Shown: positions 29,243 to 39,217 of the stretch, piece by piece | Numbering within the stretch: the stretch's first letter is position 1 | How the letters are laid out: each line of letters begins with the position of its first letter | NCBI GenBank assembly: GCA_022565155.1 | Contig: JADFKB010000001.1 | Location: forward strand, 17,170 to 81,169 | Source: Chloroflexota bacterium | Lineage (GTDB): Bacteria; Chloroflexota; Dehalococcoidia; DSTF01; RBG-16-68-14 | Length of the DNA stretch: 64,000 nucleotides | Direction: 5' to 3' | Position numbers and translations under genes: made by a program | Notes under the pieces: model-generated | Databases searched by the model: none | The model's input: only the letters and a program-made list of their open reading frames with translations | What the model was told of the DNA's origin: nothing

Positions 29243-29274
29243 GCAGCAGAGCCGCCTAATGGCGGCTCTGCTGC
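29243..29274 (+). terminator. Hairpin terminator after glnA
   Basis: gcagcagagccgcc-taat-ggcggctctgctgc, 14-bp perfect stem. Confidence 0.55.
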
Positions 29275-29283
29275 CGTATAGAT

Positions 29284-29321
29284 GTAACCGTGTTGTAACA
29301 ACCCAGACAGTCCGAAGTAAC
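29284..29321 (+). promoter_or_regulatory. Second predicted GlnR-box-like array, upstream of the second GS gene
   Basis: GTAAC-cgtgtt-GTAAC-aaccca-GACAG-tccgaa-GTAAC, the same 5+6 phasing as the amt-upstream array. Confidence 0.45.
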
Positions 29322-29361
29322 ATCACGCTTCTATACTTAAGTAGAGTGAAAGGAGACGGCC

Positions 29362-30687
29362 ATGGACGATCAGCGCGCATTTGTGCTCCAGACCTGCAAA
29401 GACCGGGACATTAAGTTCATCCGGCTCTGGTTCACGGACATCCTCGGGTCGCTAAAGAGCTTCGCAATCACGGTGGAAGAGCTAGAGAAGGCGCTGGAGG
29501 AGGGGATGGGCTTCGACGGCTCATCGATTGAAGGCTTTGCCCGCATCGATGAGTCCGACATGGTGGCGATGCCCGATCCAGCCACCTTCCAGCTCATACC
29601 GTGGCGGCCGTCCGAACGGGGCGTCGCGCGCATGTTCTGCGATGTCCTGCTCCCGAACGGTGAGCCGTTCGAGGGCGATCCTCGCTACGTACTGAAGCGC
29701 AACCTGAAGCGCGCGACCGAGCTAGGCTACACGTTCTACGTTGGGCCGGAGTTGGAGTTCTTCTACTTCAAGAGTGCGGAAGGCACCGAGCCGCTGGACC
29801 CGGGCGGCTACTTCGATCTGACGCCGCTGGACGCAGCCAGCGACCTACGCCGCCAGACCGTGCTGACCCTGGAGGAGATGGGCATCGGCGTCAAGTACAG
29901 CCACCACGAGGTCGCGCCTAGCCAGCACGAGATCGACCTGCGCTACACCGACGCGCTTACCATGGCCGATAACGCGATGACCTACCGGCTGGTGGTGAAG
30001 GAGATCGCGCTGGCGAACGGCGTTTACGCGACGTTCATGCCCAAGCCGATCGCCAGCGAGAACGGCTCCGGCATGCACACGCACCAGTCGCTATTCAAAG
30101 GAGAGCGGAACGCCTTCTTCGATGAGAGCGCCCCCTATCACCTTTCGGCGATCGCGAAGTCCTACATCGCCGGTCTGATGCGCCACGCACGAGAGTTGAC
30201 GCTTGTGACCAACCAGTGGGTCAACTCGTATAAGCGGCTGGTGGCCGGCTACGAAGCGCCCGTCTACGTGACGTGGGCGCGCAGAAACCGCTCTGACCTG
30301 GTACGTATTCCGGAGTACAAGCCGGGCAAAGAGATGGCGACGCGCATCGAGTACCGCGCGCCTGATCCGGCCTGCAACCCCTACCTCGCATTCGCGGCCA
30401 TGCTCGCCGCCGGCCTGGCCGGCATCGAGCACGAGTACCCGCTGCGAGAGCCGTCTGAGGGCAACGTCTTCGAGATGACGGCGGAGGAGCGCACCGCGCT
30501 CGACATCGACCTGCTGCCGGGAACGCTGGACGAGGCGATTCGCGCGACCGAGGAGAGCGAGTTGATGCGCGAGTGCCTGGGCGAGCACGTGTTCGAGAGC
30601 CTGCTCAAGAACAAGCGGATCGAGTGGGACGCCTATCGCGCGCACGTCACGGACTTCGAGCTGGAGCGCTACCTGGGCGTCCTGTAG
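29362..30687 (+). CDS. Glutamine synthetase family protein (second, GlnA2-like copy)
   Basis: 441 aa; [20 protein letters not shown], and C-terminal catalytic residues conserved with glnA. Confidence 0.85.
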   Translation: MDDQRAFVLQTCKDRDIKFIRLWFTDILGSLKSFAITVEELEKALEEGMGFDGSSIEGFARIDESDMVAMPDPATFQLIPWRPSERGVARMFCDVLLPNGEPFEGDPRYVLKRNLKRATELGYTFYVGPELEFFYFKSAEGTEPLDPGGYFDLTPLDAASDLRRQTVLTLEEMGIGVKYSHHEVAPSQHEIDLRYTDALTMADNAMTYRLVVKEIALANGVYATFMPKPIASENGSGMHTHQSLFKGERNAFFDESAPYHLSAIAKSYIAGLMRHARELTLVTNQWVNSYKRLVAGYEAPVYVTWARRNRSDLVRIPEYKPGKEMATRIEYRAPDPACNPYLAFAAMLAAGLAGIEHEYPLREPSEGNVFEMTAEERTALDIDLLPGTLDEAIRATEESELMRECLGEHVFESLLKNKRIEWDAYRAHVTDFELERYLGVL

Positions 30688-30775
30688 GGACGATCCGTGG
30701 GTGAGCGCGCTCACGTTGACAAGCGCGCGCAGATTGGTGACAATGAAACCTCCCCGCTAGTCTTGGAGGTAGATC

Positions 30776-31390
30776 GTGCGCGCAGAACCCATGCGACCGT
30801 CCCCATCGCCGTGGCAACCGTTCAAGTCGCTCGCGTCGTTCGTTATGCGACCGGCAGCCCTCGCTCTCTTCGCATTCGCGCTGTTGATCGGAACGCCTGC
30901 GCCCTCGGCTGAAGGCGCAACGGTCGATATCCTCGTCGGCGACTTCTGGTTCTGCAGCGCTGGCTTCACTTTCGGCGTCTGCCCGACCACGATCACGGTC
31001 GGCGATACGGTTTCGTGGGACTTCTCCCCCTCCACGTTCACGCACACATCGACAGACTGCAATGGCGACTGCGGATCCCCTCCGTTCGGGACGGCGTGGG
31101 ACTCCGGATTCGTGGCGGGCAACGGGCCCAAGTTCCAGCACACGTTCAACAGCGCCGGCGTCTTTCTCTACTACTGTACGATCCACCCGCTTTCAATGCG
31201 CGGCCAGATCACCGTTACCGGTGCCGTCGGCGGCATCGCCGAGCTGCCGGCGTTAGATGGTAGCCCTAGTGTCCAAACGGGCCCCGAAGGCGGTGGACTC
31301 AGCGTCGCTTGGGCTGCCGGCATCGCCGCTGCGGGCGCGGCCGCGCTCGGCATCACCGCCTTGTACGCGCGCCGGCGCTGGTTGCGCTAA
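30776..31390 (+). CDS. Membrane-anchored cupredoxin (blue copper, plastocyanin/azurin-like) protein
   Basis: Type-1 Cu site C-x2-H-x4-M in YYCTIHPLSMRGQI, signal peptide, Gly/Ala-rich C-terminal TM anchor; GTG start after GGAGG, and a TTGACA-17-GACAAT promoter upstream. Confidence 0.75.
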   Translation: MRAEPMRPSPSPWQPFKSLASFVMRPAALALFAFALLIGTPAPSAEGATVDILVGDFWFCSAGFTFGVCPTTITVGDTVSWDFSPSTFTHTSTDCNGDCGSPPFGTAWDSGFVAGNGPKFQHTFNSAGVFLYYCTIHPLSMRGQITVTGAVGGIAELPALDGSPSVQTGPEGGGLSVAWAAGIAAAGAAALGITALYARRRWLR

Positions 31391-31707
31391 CGTTACGCCG
31401 TACGCCAGTCCACGTCGAATCACCTGTTGGTCGGACTGTCGCTAACAACCCCGGCCGTCACAGATAAGCTGCCGGCTACTTACGCTTCTGGAGCACCATT
31501 TTGGCACTCTCGCTTCTGCCCGTGGGTTGCGCGGTGGCGATCGTCCATTGTAGCCGTCATCGCGGCCAGAGAGACGGCGGACGACTGGGAGACAGCGGAA
31601 CCGCACGCGAGCGGCCTCGCTCGTCTGGCCCGCCGGCGGCCGGGAGCTCGGCAGTCCCCATCTAGCATCGTCCCCGCGCTCCGATGTTCTGCACCGTGCA
31701 AATGGAG

Positions 31708-31734
31708 AAGCGGCCCTCCGTGCTGGAGGGCCGC
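31708..31734 (-). terminator. Hairpin downstream of dockerin paralog B
   Basis: agcggccctcc-gtgct-ggagggccgct. Confidence 0.45.
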
Positions 31735-31767
31735 TCTAAATTGACAAGTACCGGCTGGTTGGTCAGC

Positions 31768-32688
31768 CTACGGAAACGGAACGTTCGTAGTGAAAAACAT
31801 GAACCTGCCGCTATCATTGGGAATGTGGTTGTAAAGATGAACCATCCAACCGAACGTGGAGAACCAGGCGTTTGGCTGGGGCTGCGCGTTGCATCCAGGT
31901 TCTGAGAAGCCTTCGTTTGTTCCGGCCTGGTTGGTACCAATTGCCCAGATGCAGAGACCGGGGTGCTGGTGCCACGCCTTCTGTGCGCCCACATCCGTGT
32001 TGTCTTCAGGGCCATCGAATCCTACCGGTTCCGCATCATCGCAGGTGGGCGGGTTGAGGTAAAATGGGCACACCTCCATATTCGGCACAACGTACCACAT
32101 GCCGATCAGTTTACCGGGCACGTCGTTGCTGAAGTTGCCAGGATCGCTGTCGGTGCAGATCAGCCCGACCGGGTTCCGTATTTGGTCGGTTGGGTCGTTC
32201 GGGTCGCCGTTCCAGAATACCCGCGCAGCGTTGGCATACTTGGAGATGTGGATACCCATGTTCGGCACCATCTGCGTCAATTGGGTGTAGCCGTCCGCCA
32301 GGGCATCCTGGCAGTTCTGATACTTCATCGTCTCCACGGTCGCCAGGACGACCTGCTGGTCGACGAGAGAGCAGGTCTGGCCGTGGGCTAGGATAGTGCT
32401 GAGAATGTCGCCCAACAGGTCTATCTCACCACCGCCGTTTACGTCGTAGAGCAGCGAGTATTCGTATCCAGCCGCGTTCGGCGGGCCACCATACGAGGTA
32501 CCGTAGCGGTAGATGACGCCGAGGATGTCGTTCAATAGATCGACGGTGCCGTCGCCGTTGATGTCGTGGCACGTTGCGCTGAGAGGCGGCCACTTCGCGG
32601 GGTTCGTCGCCGATGTCTCTTGCGGCTGCGTCGATAGGCCGATGAGACCGACCACGGCGACAGCGAGCGCGATGATCGCATACTTCAC
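31768..32688 (-). CDS. Secreted N-terminal-dockerin protein with a Cys-rich C-terminal domain of unknown function (paralog B)
   Basis: Signal peptide, then dockerin repeats (HDINGDGTVDLLNDILGVIYRYG, DVNGGGEIDLLGDILS), then about 200 aa with no motif I recognise (WHQHPGLCIW...); GTG start after GAGGAG. Confidence 0.7.
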   Translation of the reverse strand: MKYAIIALAVAVVGLIGLSTQPQETSATNPAKWPPLSATCHDINGDGTVDLLNDILGVIYRYGTSYGGPPNAAGYEYSLLYDVNGGGEIDLLGDILSTILAHGQTCSLVDQQVVLATVETMKYQNCQDALADGYTQLTQMVPNMGIHISKYANAARVFWNGDPNDPTDQIRNPVGLICTDSDPGNFSNDVPGKLIGMWYVVPNMEVCPFYLNPPTCDDAEPVGFDGPEDNTDVGAQKAWHQHPGLCIWAIGTNQAGTNEGFSEPGCNAQPQPNAWFSTFGWMVHLYNHIPNDSGRFMFFTTNVPFP

Positions 32689-32909
32689 GACAGGCTCCTC
32701 GCCGGCTCCCCAACTTGCTTGAGCAAGTATAGCAGGTGTGTCAACTATTGCAACGCTCCGCTATTCTCGACATGTAACAATGTAGCGCCGCGCACCGTAG
32801 CTAGGATCGGCTTCCTATGGTTGCTCTACTCCGGATGGATAGCGGCGCCGGTACTGCGGAGCAAGAACCCGCTTCTCGCTCCCTACGTATGCGGGAGTGC
32901 GAGCCGCCG

Positions 32910-33036
32910 TTACGGGAAGAGCAGCTTCGTCGCCTCTTCCGCAGCCTCGAGGAGGTGGCGAGGGAAGATGCCGACGACTAACACCACCGTCAGGCCGCTG
33001 ATCATCGCCGGCACGGGCGCCCGCCCTCTTCCTCCG
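32910..33036 (-). pseudogene. Remnant of the nuoN 3' end carried inside the tandem duplication unit
   Basis: About 127 bp that aligns with the last codons of nuoN (34157-34290) with one 12-bp deletion and several substitutions. Confidence 0.5.
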
Positions 33037-33050
33037 GCTCGGAAAGGAGA

Positions 33051-33077
33051 AGCGGCCCTCCAAACAGGAGGGCCGCT
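33051..33077 (-). terminator. Hairpin downstream of dockerin paralog A
   Basis: agcggccctcc-aaaca-ggagggccgct, the same stem as at 31708-31734. Confidence 0.45.
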
Positions 33078-33101
33078 CTGGCTTTGATACTCTATGATCC
33101 G

Positions 33102-34025
33102 CTACTGAGAGAACGGCACGTTCGAACTGAAGAACAGGAACCTGCCGGAGTCATTGGGGATGTGGTTGAAGAGGTGAACCATCCAACCGAATTCAGAGAA
33201 CCAGAAATTTGGCGGCGGCATCGCGTTGCATCCACTTTGCGTGAAACCCTCGCCCGTACCGGCCTGGGTGGTACCAAGCCCCCACACGCAGAGACCCGGG
33301 TGCGTGTGCCACGCCTTCTGTACGTTGCCCACATCTGTGTTGTCTTCAGGGCCATCGAATCCTACCGGTTCAGCATTATCGCAAATGGGCGCGCCGGGGT
33401 ACACGAAACAGGCTTCCAGATTTGGCTGAATGTAAAACATGCCGATCAGTTTATCGGGCACGTCCGTTCCCGGGGACGGATCGCTGTCGGTACAGATCAG
33501 CCCGACCGGGTTCCGTATCTGGTCGGTTGGGTCGTTCGGGTCACCGTTCCAGAAGACCCTCGCAGCGTTGGAGTTTTTGGAGATGTGGATACCCATGTTC
33601 GGCACAAACCCCGTCGTCTGGCTGTAGCCGTCCGCCAGGGCATCCTGGCAGTTCTGGTACTTCATCGTCGCCACAGTCGCCAGGACGACCTGTTGGTCAA
33701 CGAGAGAGCAGGTTTGCATGTAAGCGTTGACAGTACTGAGAATGTCGCCTAACAGGTCTATCTCACCGCCGCCGTTCACGTCGTAGAGCAGCGAGTACTC
33801 GTATCCAGCCGCGTTCGGCGGGCCACCGTAGAACGTACCGTGCCGGTAGATAACGCCTAGGATGTCATTCAGCAGATCGACGGTGCCGTCGCCGTTGACG
33901 TCGTGGCACGTTGTGCTGAGAGGCGGCCACTTCGCGGGGTTCGTCGCCGATGTCTCTTGTGGCTGCGTCGATAGGCCGATGAGACCGACCACGGCGACAG
34001 CGAGCACCAATACTACAAATTTCAA
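33102..34025 (-). CDS. Secreted N-terminal-dockerin protein with a Cys-rich C-terminal domain of unknown function (paralog A)
   Basis: About 80% identical to paralog B along its whole length; I prefer the TTG at 34025 preceded by GAGGAGG (giving MKFVVLVLAVAVV...) over the longer ORF. Confidence 0.7.
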   Translation of the reverse strand: MKFVVLVLAVAVVGLIGLSTQPQETSATNPAKWPPLSTTCHDVNGDGTVDLLNDILGVIYRHGTFYGGPPNAAGYEYSLLYDVNGGGEIDLLGDILSTVNAYMQTCSLVDQQVVLATVATMKYQNCQDALADGYSQTTGFVPNMGIHISKNSNAARVFWNGDPNDPTDQIRNPVGLICTDSDPSPGTDVPDKLIGMFYIQPNLEACFVYPGAPICDNAEPVGFDGPEDNTDVGNVQKAWHTHPGLCVWGLGTTQAGTGEGFTQSGCNAMPPPNFWFSEFGWMVHLFNHIPNDSGRFLFFSSNVPFSQ

Positions 34026-34156
34026 GGCAGCCTCCTCGCTGACTCCCCAGCTTGACTGAGCAAGTATAGCAGGTTTATCAACAATTGCAACGCCAATTTC
34101 GCGCGTCGTATAACAAGGTAGCCGCATGCGACATAGCTGAGACCGGCAATCGACGG

Positions 34157-35602
34157 CTACGCGAAGAGCACCTTCGTCGCCTCTTCCGCAACTTCAAGGA
34201 GATGGCGAGGGAAGATGCCGACGTAGAAGACGCCGACGACTAGTGCCACGGTCAGGCCGCTGATCATCGCCGGCACCGGCAGCCTGCCCTCTTCCTCCGG
34301 CTTCGAGACGTAGAGCTCCTTGATCACCATCAGGTAGTAGTAGAGAGAGACGAAGCTCATCACGACGGCGATCACGGACAGCCAGAGGAAGCCCTCGCCG
34401 GCGACAGCCTGGAAGAGGATGAACTTGGTGAAGAAGCCCGCGAACAGCGGCATGCCTGATAGCGAGAAGAGCGCCGCCGTCAGCGCCGCCGCCAGCAGCG
34501 GCGTCCGCTCCGCCATGCCCCGGAAGCCGGCAATATCGTCGCGTCCGGTCAGGTTGTACCAGGCGATGATGCAGGTAAAGGCCGCCAGGTTGGTGACCAC
34601 GTACCCCGCCATGTGCAGCAGCAGCGCGCTCGACGTCGCCGACGAGAGCGCCGCGATCGCCATCAGCATGTAACCCACCTGCCCGATCGACGAGTACGCG
34701 AGCAGCCGCTTGATGTTGCGCTGCTGGAGCGCGACGAGGTTGCCCAGCACCATGGTAAGGGCCGCCAGCGACGCGACGATCCACTGCCAATCGTCCAGCA
34801 CGGGCATGAAGGCGCCGGAGAACAGGCGCAGCAGCAGCGCGAAGCCGGCCACCTTCGATGTCGCCGAAAGGTAGGCGGTGATCGGCAGCGGCGCGCCTTC
34901 GTAGGCATCCGGCGTCCACATGTGGAAGGGCACAGCCGCGACTTTGAAGCCGAGGCCCGCCAGCACAAGAACCAGCCCCATCAGCAGCCCCAGGTCGAAA
35001 CCGGCCGTGCCGCCCTCGTACGCGGCGGCGATGTCACCGTAGAACGTAGAGCCGGACGTGCCGTAGATCAGGCTGATGCCGTAGAGCAGAATCGCGGACG
35101 CGAATGCCCCGAGCAGCATATACTTCAGGCCGCCCTCGTTGGAGCGGGCGTCCAGCTTCGCATAGGAGACGAGCACGAAGAGGCAGAAGCTCAATAGCTC
35201 CAGCGAGATGTAGGCGGTGAGCAGCTCGCGCGAGGCTGCCATGTAGATCGCGCCGATCGTCGACAGCACCAGCAGGCTGTAGTATTCGCCGGGATGGCGC
35301 AGCCGCGCCTGGACGAACTGGGCCGAGATGAGCGCAACCACTGCCGCCGTCGCCAGGAAGAAGACACGGAAGAACGTCGTATAGTTATCGATGAAGAGCA
35401 GGCCGGCGAACTCGCTCTCCTTGTTCACCCAGCCGAGCGACAGCCCCAGCATACCGAACAGACCGGCCGCCGCGACGTAGGGCAGCCACTCCTTCCGGAA
35501 CGCAGGTACGAAGAGATCGAGCGCGAGGATCAACCCAGCCAGGCCGGCCAGGCCGAACTCCGGTGTCAGCAGCGAGTAGTCCAGGTTCAGCTCACCGGAC
35601 AT
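34157..35602 (-). CDS. nuoN: NADH-quinone oxidoreductase subunit N
   Basis: 14-TM antiporter-like subunit at the last position of the nuo operon. Confidence 0.9.
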   Translation of the reverse strand: MSGELNLDYSLLTPEFGLAGLAGLILALDLFVPAFRKEWLPYVAAAGLFGMLGLSLGWVNKESEFAGLLFIDNYTTFFRVFFLATAAVVALISAQFVQARLRHPGEYYSLLVLSTIGAIYMAASRELLTAYISLELLSFCLFVLVSYAKLDARSNEGGLKYMLLGAFASAILLYGISLIYGTSGSTFYGDIAAAYEGGTAGFDLGLLMGLVLVLAGLGFKVAAVPFHMWTPDAYEGAPLPITAYLSATSKVAGFALLLRLFSGAFMPVLDDWQWIVASLAALTMVLGNLVALQQRNIKRLLAYSSIGQVGYMLMAIAALSSATSSALLLHMAGYVVTNLAAFTCIIAWYNLTGRDDIAGFRGMAERTPLLAAALTAALFSLSGMPLFAGFFTKFILFQAVAGEGFLWLSVIAVVMSFVSLYYYLMVIKELYVSKPEEEGRLPVPAMISGLTVALVVGVFYVGIFPRHLLEVAEEATKVLFA

Positions 35603-35656
35603 CGATTACACCCCTCGAATCTCGAACATCGAGCCTCGAACCTCCAGATCGCGCCA

Positions 35657-37168
35657 CTAGCCGATCCCCGGAATCCGCAGCACAGAATCTGCGATGCGGT
35701 CTACGAACGGGCTGGGATAGACACCCATCAGGAACATGAAGGCGATCAGGAGCGCGCCGCCTGCGTACTCGTAGCGGCTCATATCCTTCAGGTGCTCCCA
35801 CTTCTCGTTGGCAGGGCCGAAAAACGCCTGCGCCATCATACGCAGGACGTAGACGGCGGTAATCGCCGCGCCCAGAATCGCTAATGCTCCCAGCGCCGGA
35901 TAGGTGCGGAAGATGCCCAGGAAGATGTTGAACTCGGCCACGAAGCCCGAGAGGCCGGGTAAGCCCAGCGAAGCGAGCCCGGCGATGGAGAAGAACGCGA
36001 CGAAGTGCGGCATCCGCTTCACCAACCCGCCGAACGCCCGCATATCGCGCGTGTGCGCCTGGTCGTAGAGCACGCCGACCATGGCGAACATGAGGGCCGT
36101 CATCACGCCGTGGGAGAACATCTGCAACACCGCGCCGTTGACACCGACCGCGTTCATAGTCGCCAGCCCCATCAGGACGTAGCCCATATGGCTGACGCTG
36201 GAGTAGCCCACCATGTACTTGAAGTCGGTCTGGGCCATCGCGGAGATGGCGCCGTACACGACGTTGATCGTGCCGAGCGTGATCAGCGCGGGCATCCAGA
36301 ACTCGGCGCCCTCCGGCAGCAACTGCATTCCCAGCCTGATAATGCCAAATGCGCCCAGCTTCATCAGCACGCCGGCGTGGAGCATGCTGACGGCCGTCGG
36401 CGCGGCGACATGGCCGTCCGGCGACCACGTGTGGAACGGCCAGAGGCCGGCCAGCACGCCGCAGCCGATTAGGAAGAGCGGGAAGACGATCTTCTGGAAG
36501 TCCTCGTCGAACTCCACCTCGTACAGCGTGGGCAGATCGAACGTGCCGAGGCCCGCCTCGACGAAGACGGCGAAGATGCCGACGAAGATCAGCACGCTGG
36601 CGCCGACGAGCACCAGCGTTAACTTCATCGCGCTGTACTCCTTTGTACGCGCGAACGTCGGGAAGACGCTGCTCGATCCCCAGACGGCGATCAGCAGGTA
36701 CATCGGCAGAACGGCCAGCTCGTAGAAGAAGAACCAGAAGAAGAGATCGAGCGATGCGAAGACACCGAAGACGCCCGCGACGAGGACGAAGAAGAGAATG
36801 AAGAAGTCCTTGTTGCGGTAGTCGATCTTCCAGGAGATGAGGGCACCGGCGAACGTGACGATGCCCGTCAGCAGGACCATCGCTGCGCCGATACCATCGA
36901 TGCCGAGATGGAGCGTGATCCCCTCCTCACCGAGCATGCCGATGTTCTCGATCCAGGTCCAGCGCAGGTCAAACTGGTACTGCTCGACTTGGGCGATCTG
37001 GTAGGCGAAGAAGGCGTAGAGCGACAGGCCGAAGAGGGCGAAGCTAACGGCAACTGCGAAGGCGCGGACGACGTTCGGGTATCGTGACGGCACGGCGAGC
37101 AGGACCGCGGCCGCGATTAGCGGCACGGCGATCGTCGCGAGGAGGATGTATCCCGTCTGCATCGTCAA
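35657..37168 (-). CDS. nuoM: NADH-quinone oxidoreductase subunit M
   Basis: Antiporter-like subunit (WLPDAHVEAPT-like motif region). Confidence 0.9.
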   Translation of the reverse strand: MTMQTGYILLATIAVPLIAAAVLLAVPSRYPNVVRAFAVAVSFALFGLSLYAFFAYQIAQVEQYQFDLRWTWIENIGMLGEEGITLHLGIDGIGAAMVLLTGIVTFAGALISWKIDYRNKDFFILFFVLVAGVFGVFASLDLFFWFFFYELAVLPMYLLIAVWGSSSVFPTFARTKEYSAMKLTLVLVGASVLIFVGIFAVFVEAGLGTFDLPTLYEVEFDEDFQKIVFPLFLIGCGVLAGLWPFHTWSPDGHVAAPTAVSMLHAGVLMKLGAFGIIRLGMQLLPEGAEFWMPALITLGTINVVYGAISAMAQTDFKYMVGYSSVSHMGYVLMGLATMNAVGVNGAVLQMFSHGVMTALMFAMVGVLYDQAHTRDMRAFGGLVKRMPHFVAFFSIAGLASLGLPGLSGFVAEFNIFLGIFRTYPALGALAILGAAITAVYVLRMMAQAFFGPANEKWEHLKDMSRYEYAGGALLIAFMFLMGVYPSPFVDRIADSVLRIPGIG

Positions 37169-39063
37169 GCTTTCAGCGAGAACGCCACGAGCGCCAGCGT
37201 GACGACGCCAATCACCATGCCGAGCGCGTAGTTGGGCAGCTTGCCCGTCTGCTGAAACTTCATCAGGTAGCCGGCGTAGCGCGTCGCGTACGCCGGCCCG
37301 TCGACGCCGGTATCGTTGACCGCGTTGCGATCGAACCAGGCGACCACGCGCGCGATAGACAGCACCACTCGGTCGATCACCGCCTGGTAGAGATCATCCA
37401 GGTAGTACTTGTTCGCCCAGAGGTCGTGGACTGGGCGAAGAAGTGCCAAGCTCCGTGCGGGAACGCTCGGCCGCGCGACCCAGGCGAACCAGGCCGTGGC
37501 GATGCCGAGCGCGACCAGCAGCGTCGATCCGATCCCGACGGCGACATCGAATTCAAAGCTGTGCGCACGTTCCAAGAAGATGATCTCGCCGATGCCTCCC
37601 GGGAAGCCCATCGCCTTCCCCACCTGGTCGAAGACGACGAAACCGGAGACCAGCGTCAGCGCCGCCAACAGAATCAACGGTACTGTCATGAACGGCGACC
37701 CTTCATGGGCGTGCTCGTGCGACTCCGGATCCCGCGGTTCGCCGAAAAACGTGAGGATGAGCACGCGCGTCATGTACATCGCCGTCAGCGGCAGCGTCAC
37801 CAGCACCAGTACGAAGGCGGCGCGGTTGTCCAGCAGGCTGACGAGGATCTCATCCTTCGCCCAGAAGCCGGCCAGGAACGGCAGGCCGGCCATGCTGAGC
37901 GCTCCGATGGCGAACGTGACACCGGTGATCGGCATCTTCGACCAGAGGCCGCCCAGTTGGCTTACGTCCTGGCGCTCTGTCGCGTGGATGACGGAGCCGG
38001 CGCCCAGGAAGAGCAGCGCCTTAAAGAAGGCGTGTGTGAAGAGGTAGACCATGGCGGCGGCGGGCGCGCCGACGCCCAGCGCCACGAACATCAGCCCCAG
38101 GCTGTTGATCGTCGAGTAGGCGATGACGCGCTTGATATCGGTCATCACCAGACCCATCGTCGCCGAGAGAAACACCGTCAGCAGGCCGATGGCCAGCAGC
38201 AGTTCCGGCCCGCCCGCCACCAGTTCGATGAGCGGCAGCATGCGCGTCACCAGGTAAACGCCGGCGACGACCATCGTCGCGGCGTGGATCAGCGCGGAGA
38301 CGGGCGTCGGGCCCTCCATCGCGTCCGGCAGCCAGACGTGGAACGGGAACTGGGCCGACTTGCCCATTGCGCCTAATAACAGCAGCACCACGGACGCCGT
38401 CAGAATCTCCGTCCCGATCTGGCCCGCCTCCGCCGCCGCGATCACCTCCTGGATGTTGAAGGTGCCGGTCTCCCGCCAGAGCAGGATAATCGCGATCAGC
38501 AGGCCGACGTCACCCAGGCGCGTGGTGATGAACGCCTTCTTCGCAGCCTCCGTGGCCGAACGAAGATGGCTGTAATGGCCGATCAGCAGGTACGAGCAGA
38601 TGCCGACCAGCTCCCAGGCGAAGTAGAGCAGCAGAAAGTTGTCGGCGAGCACCAGCGCCAGCATCGACGCGATGAAGAGCGAGATGACGGCGTAGTACCA
38701 GCCGTAGCGCGAGTCACCCTTCATGTAGCCAAGCGAGTAGACCTGCACCATCAGCCCGACAAAGCTGACGACCGCGAGCATCACGATCGTCACGGCATCG
38801 ACGTGGATGCCCAGCCGCAACTCGAGATGGCCGGGCACCTCCAGCCACTGGATGCTGTTCGCTACGCCGGCGAACGCCTCGCCTTGAACGGCCAGCGCGT
38901 CCGTGAAGTCGGCGATGATCAGCAGCGTGAGGACGAAGACTCCGCCGATCGCGCCGACGGCGATCCAGTCGCCGCGCCGGGGCAGGTACGGCCCAAGCAG
39001 CGTCAGCGCGACGAAGGCGGCGGCGGGGAGCAGCGGCAGCAGCCAGGCGTCGGACATGCCCAC
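37165..39063 (-). CDS. nuoL: NADH-quinone oxidoreductase subunit L
   Basis: 632 aa antiporter-like subunit with a C-terminal long helix extension. Confidence 0.9.
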   Translation of the reverse strand: MGMSDAWLLPLLPAAAFVALTLLGPYLPRRGDWIAVGAIGGVFVLTLLIIADFTDALAVQGEAFAGVANSIQWLEVPGHLELRLGIHVDAVTIVMLAVVSFVGLMVQVYSLGYMKGDSRYGWYYAVISLFIASMLALVLADNFLLLYFAWELVGICSYLLIGHYSHLRSATEAAKKAFITTRLGDVGLLIAIILLWRETGTFNIQEVIAAAEAGQIGTEILTASVVLLLLGAMGKSAQFPFHVWLPDAMEGPTPVSALIHAATMVVAGVYLVTRMLPLIELVAGGPELLLAIGLLTVFLSATMGLVMTDIKRVIAYSTINSLGLMFVALGVGAPAAAMVYLFTHAFFKALLFLGAGSVIHATERQDVSQLGGLWSKMPITGVTFAIGALSMAGLPFLAGFWAKDEILVSLLDNRAAFVLVLVTLPLTAMYMTRVLILTFFGEPRDPESHEHAHEGSPFMTVPLILLAALTLVSGFVVFDQVGKAMGFPGGIGEIIFLERAHSFEFDVAVGIGSTLLVALGIATAWFAWVARPSVPARSLALLRPVHDLWANKYYLDDLYQAVIDRVVLSIARVVAWFDRNAVNDTGVDGPAYATRYAGYLMKFQQTGKLPNYALGMVIGVVTLALVAFSLKA

Positions 39064-39217
39064 TAGGCCGCGCTCCTTACCAGACTACGTGTGAGAACCA
39101 AACTACCCGTGGGCCAGGCTTCAGCCCCCGCCTGCCGGCGGGCAGGTGTCGCGACGGGATGGTGTCGTTGTCGGACTGAAGCCCGGCCGGCGTTGGTGCC
39201 GAATAGCGCCACGCTCG

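Larger units (their letters stand above)
31707..34290. repeat. Tandem duplication of two units of about 1.3 kb, each holding a dockerin-protein gene, its terminator and a nuoN 3' segment
   Basis: Unit B runs about 31707-33045 and unit A about 33050-34290; the nucleotide similarity is visible across the gene, the terminator and the nuoN-derived segment. Confidence 0.7.

Noticed and set aside
32719-33087. ORFs (122 aa on plus, 82 aa on minus) between the two dockerin paralogs
   Set aside because: The region is the decayed nuoN 3' copy plus a terminator hairpin, and the ORFs are low-complexity read-through artefacts.
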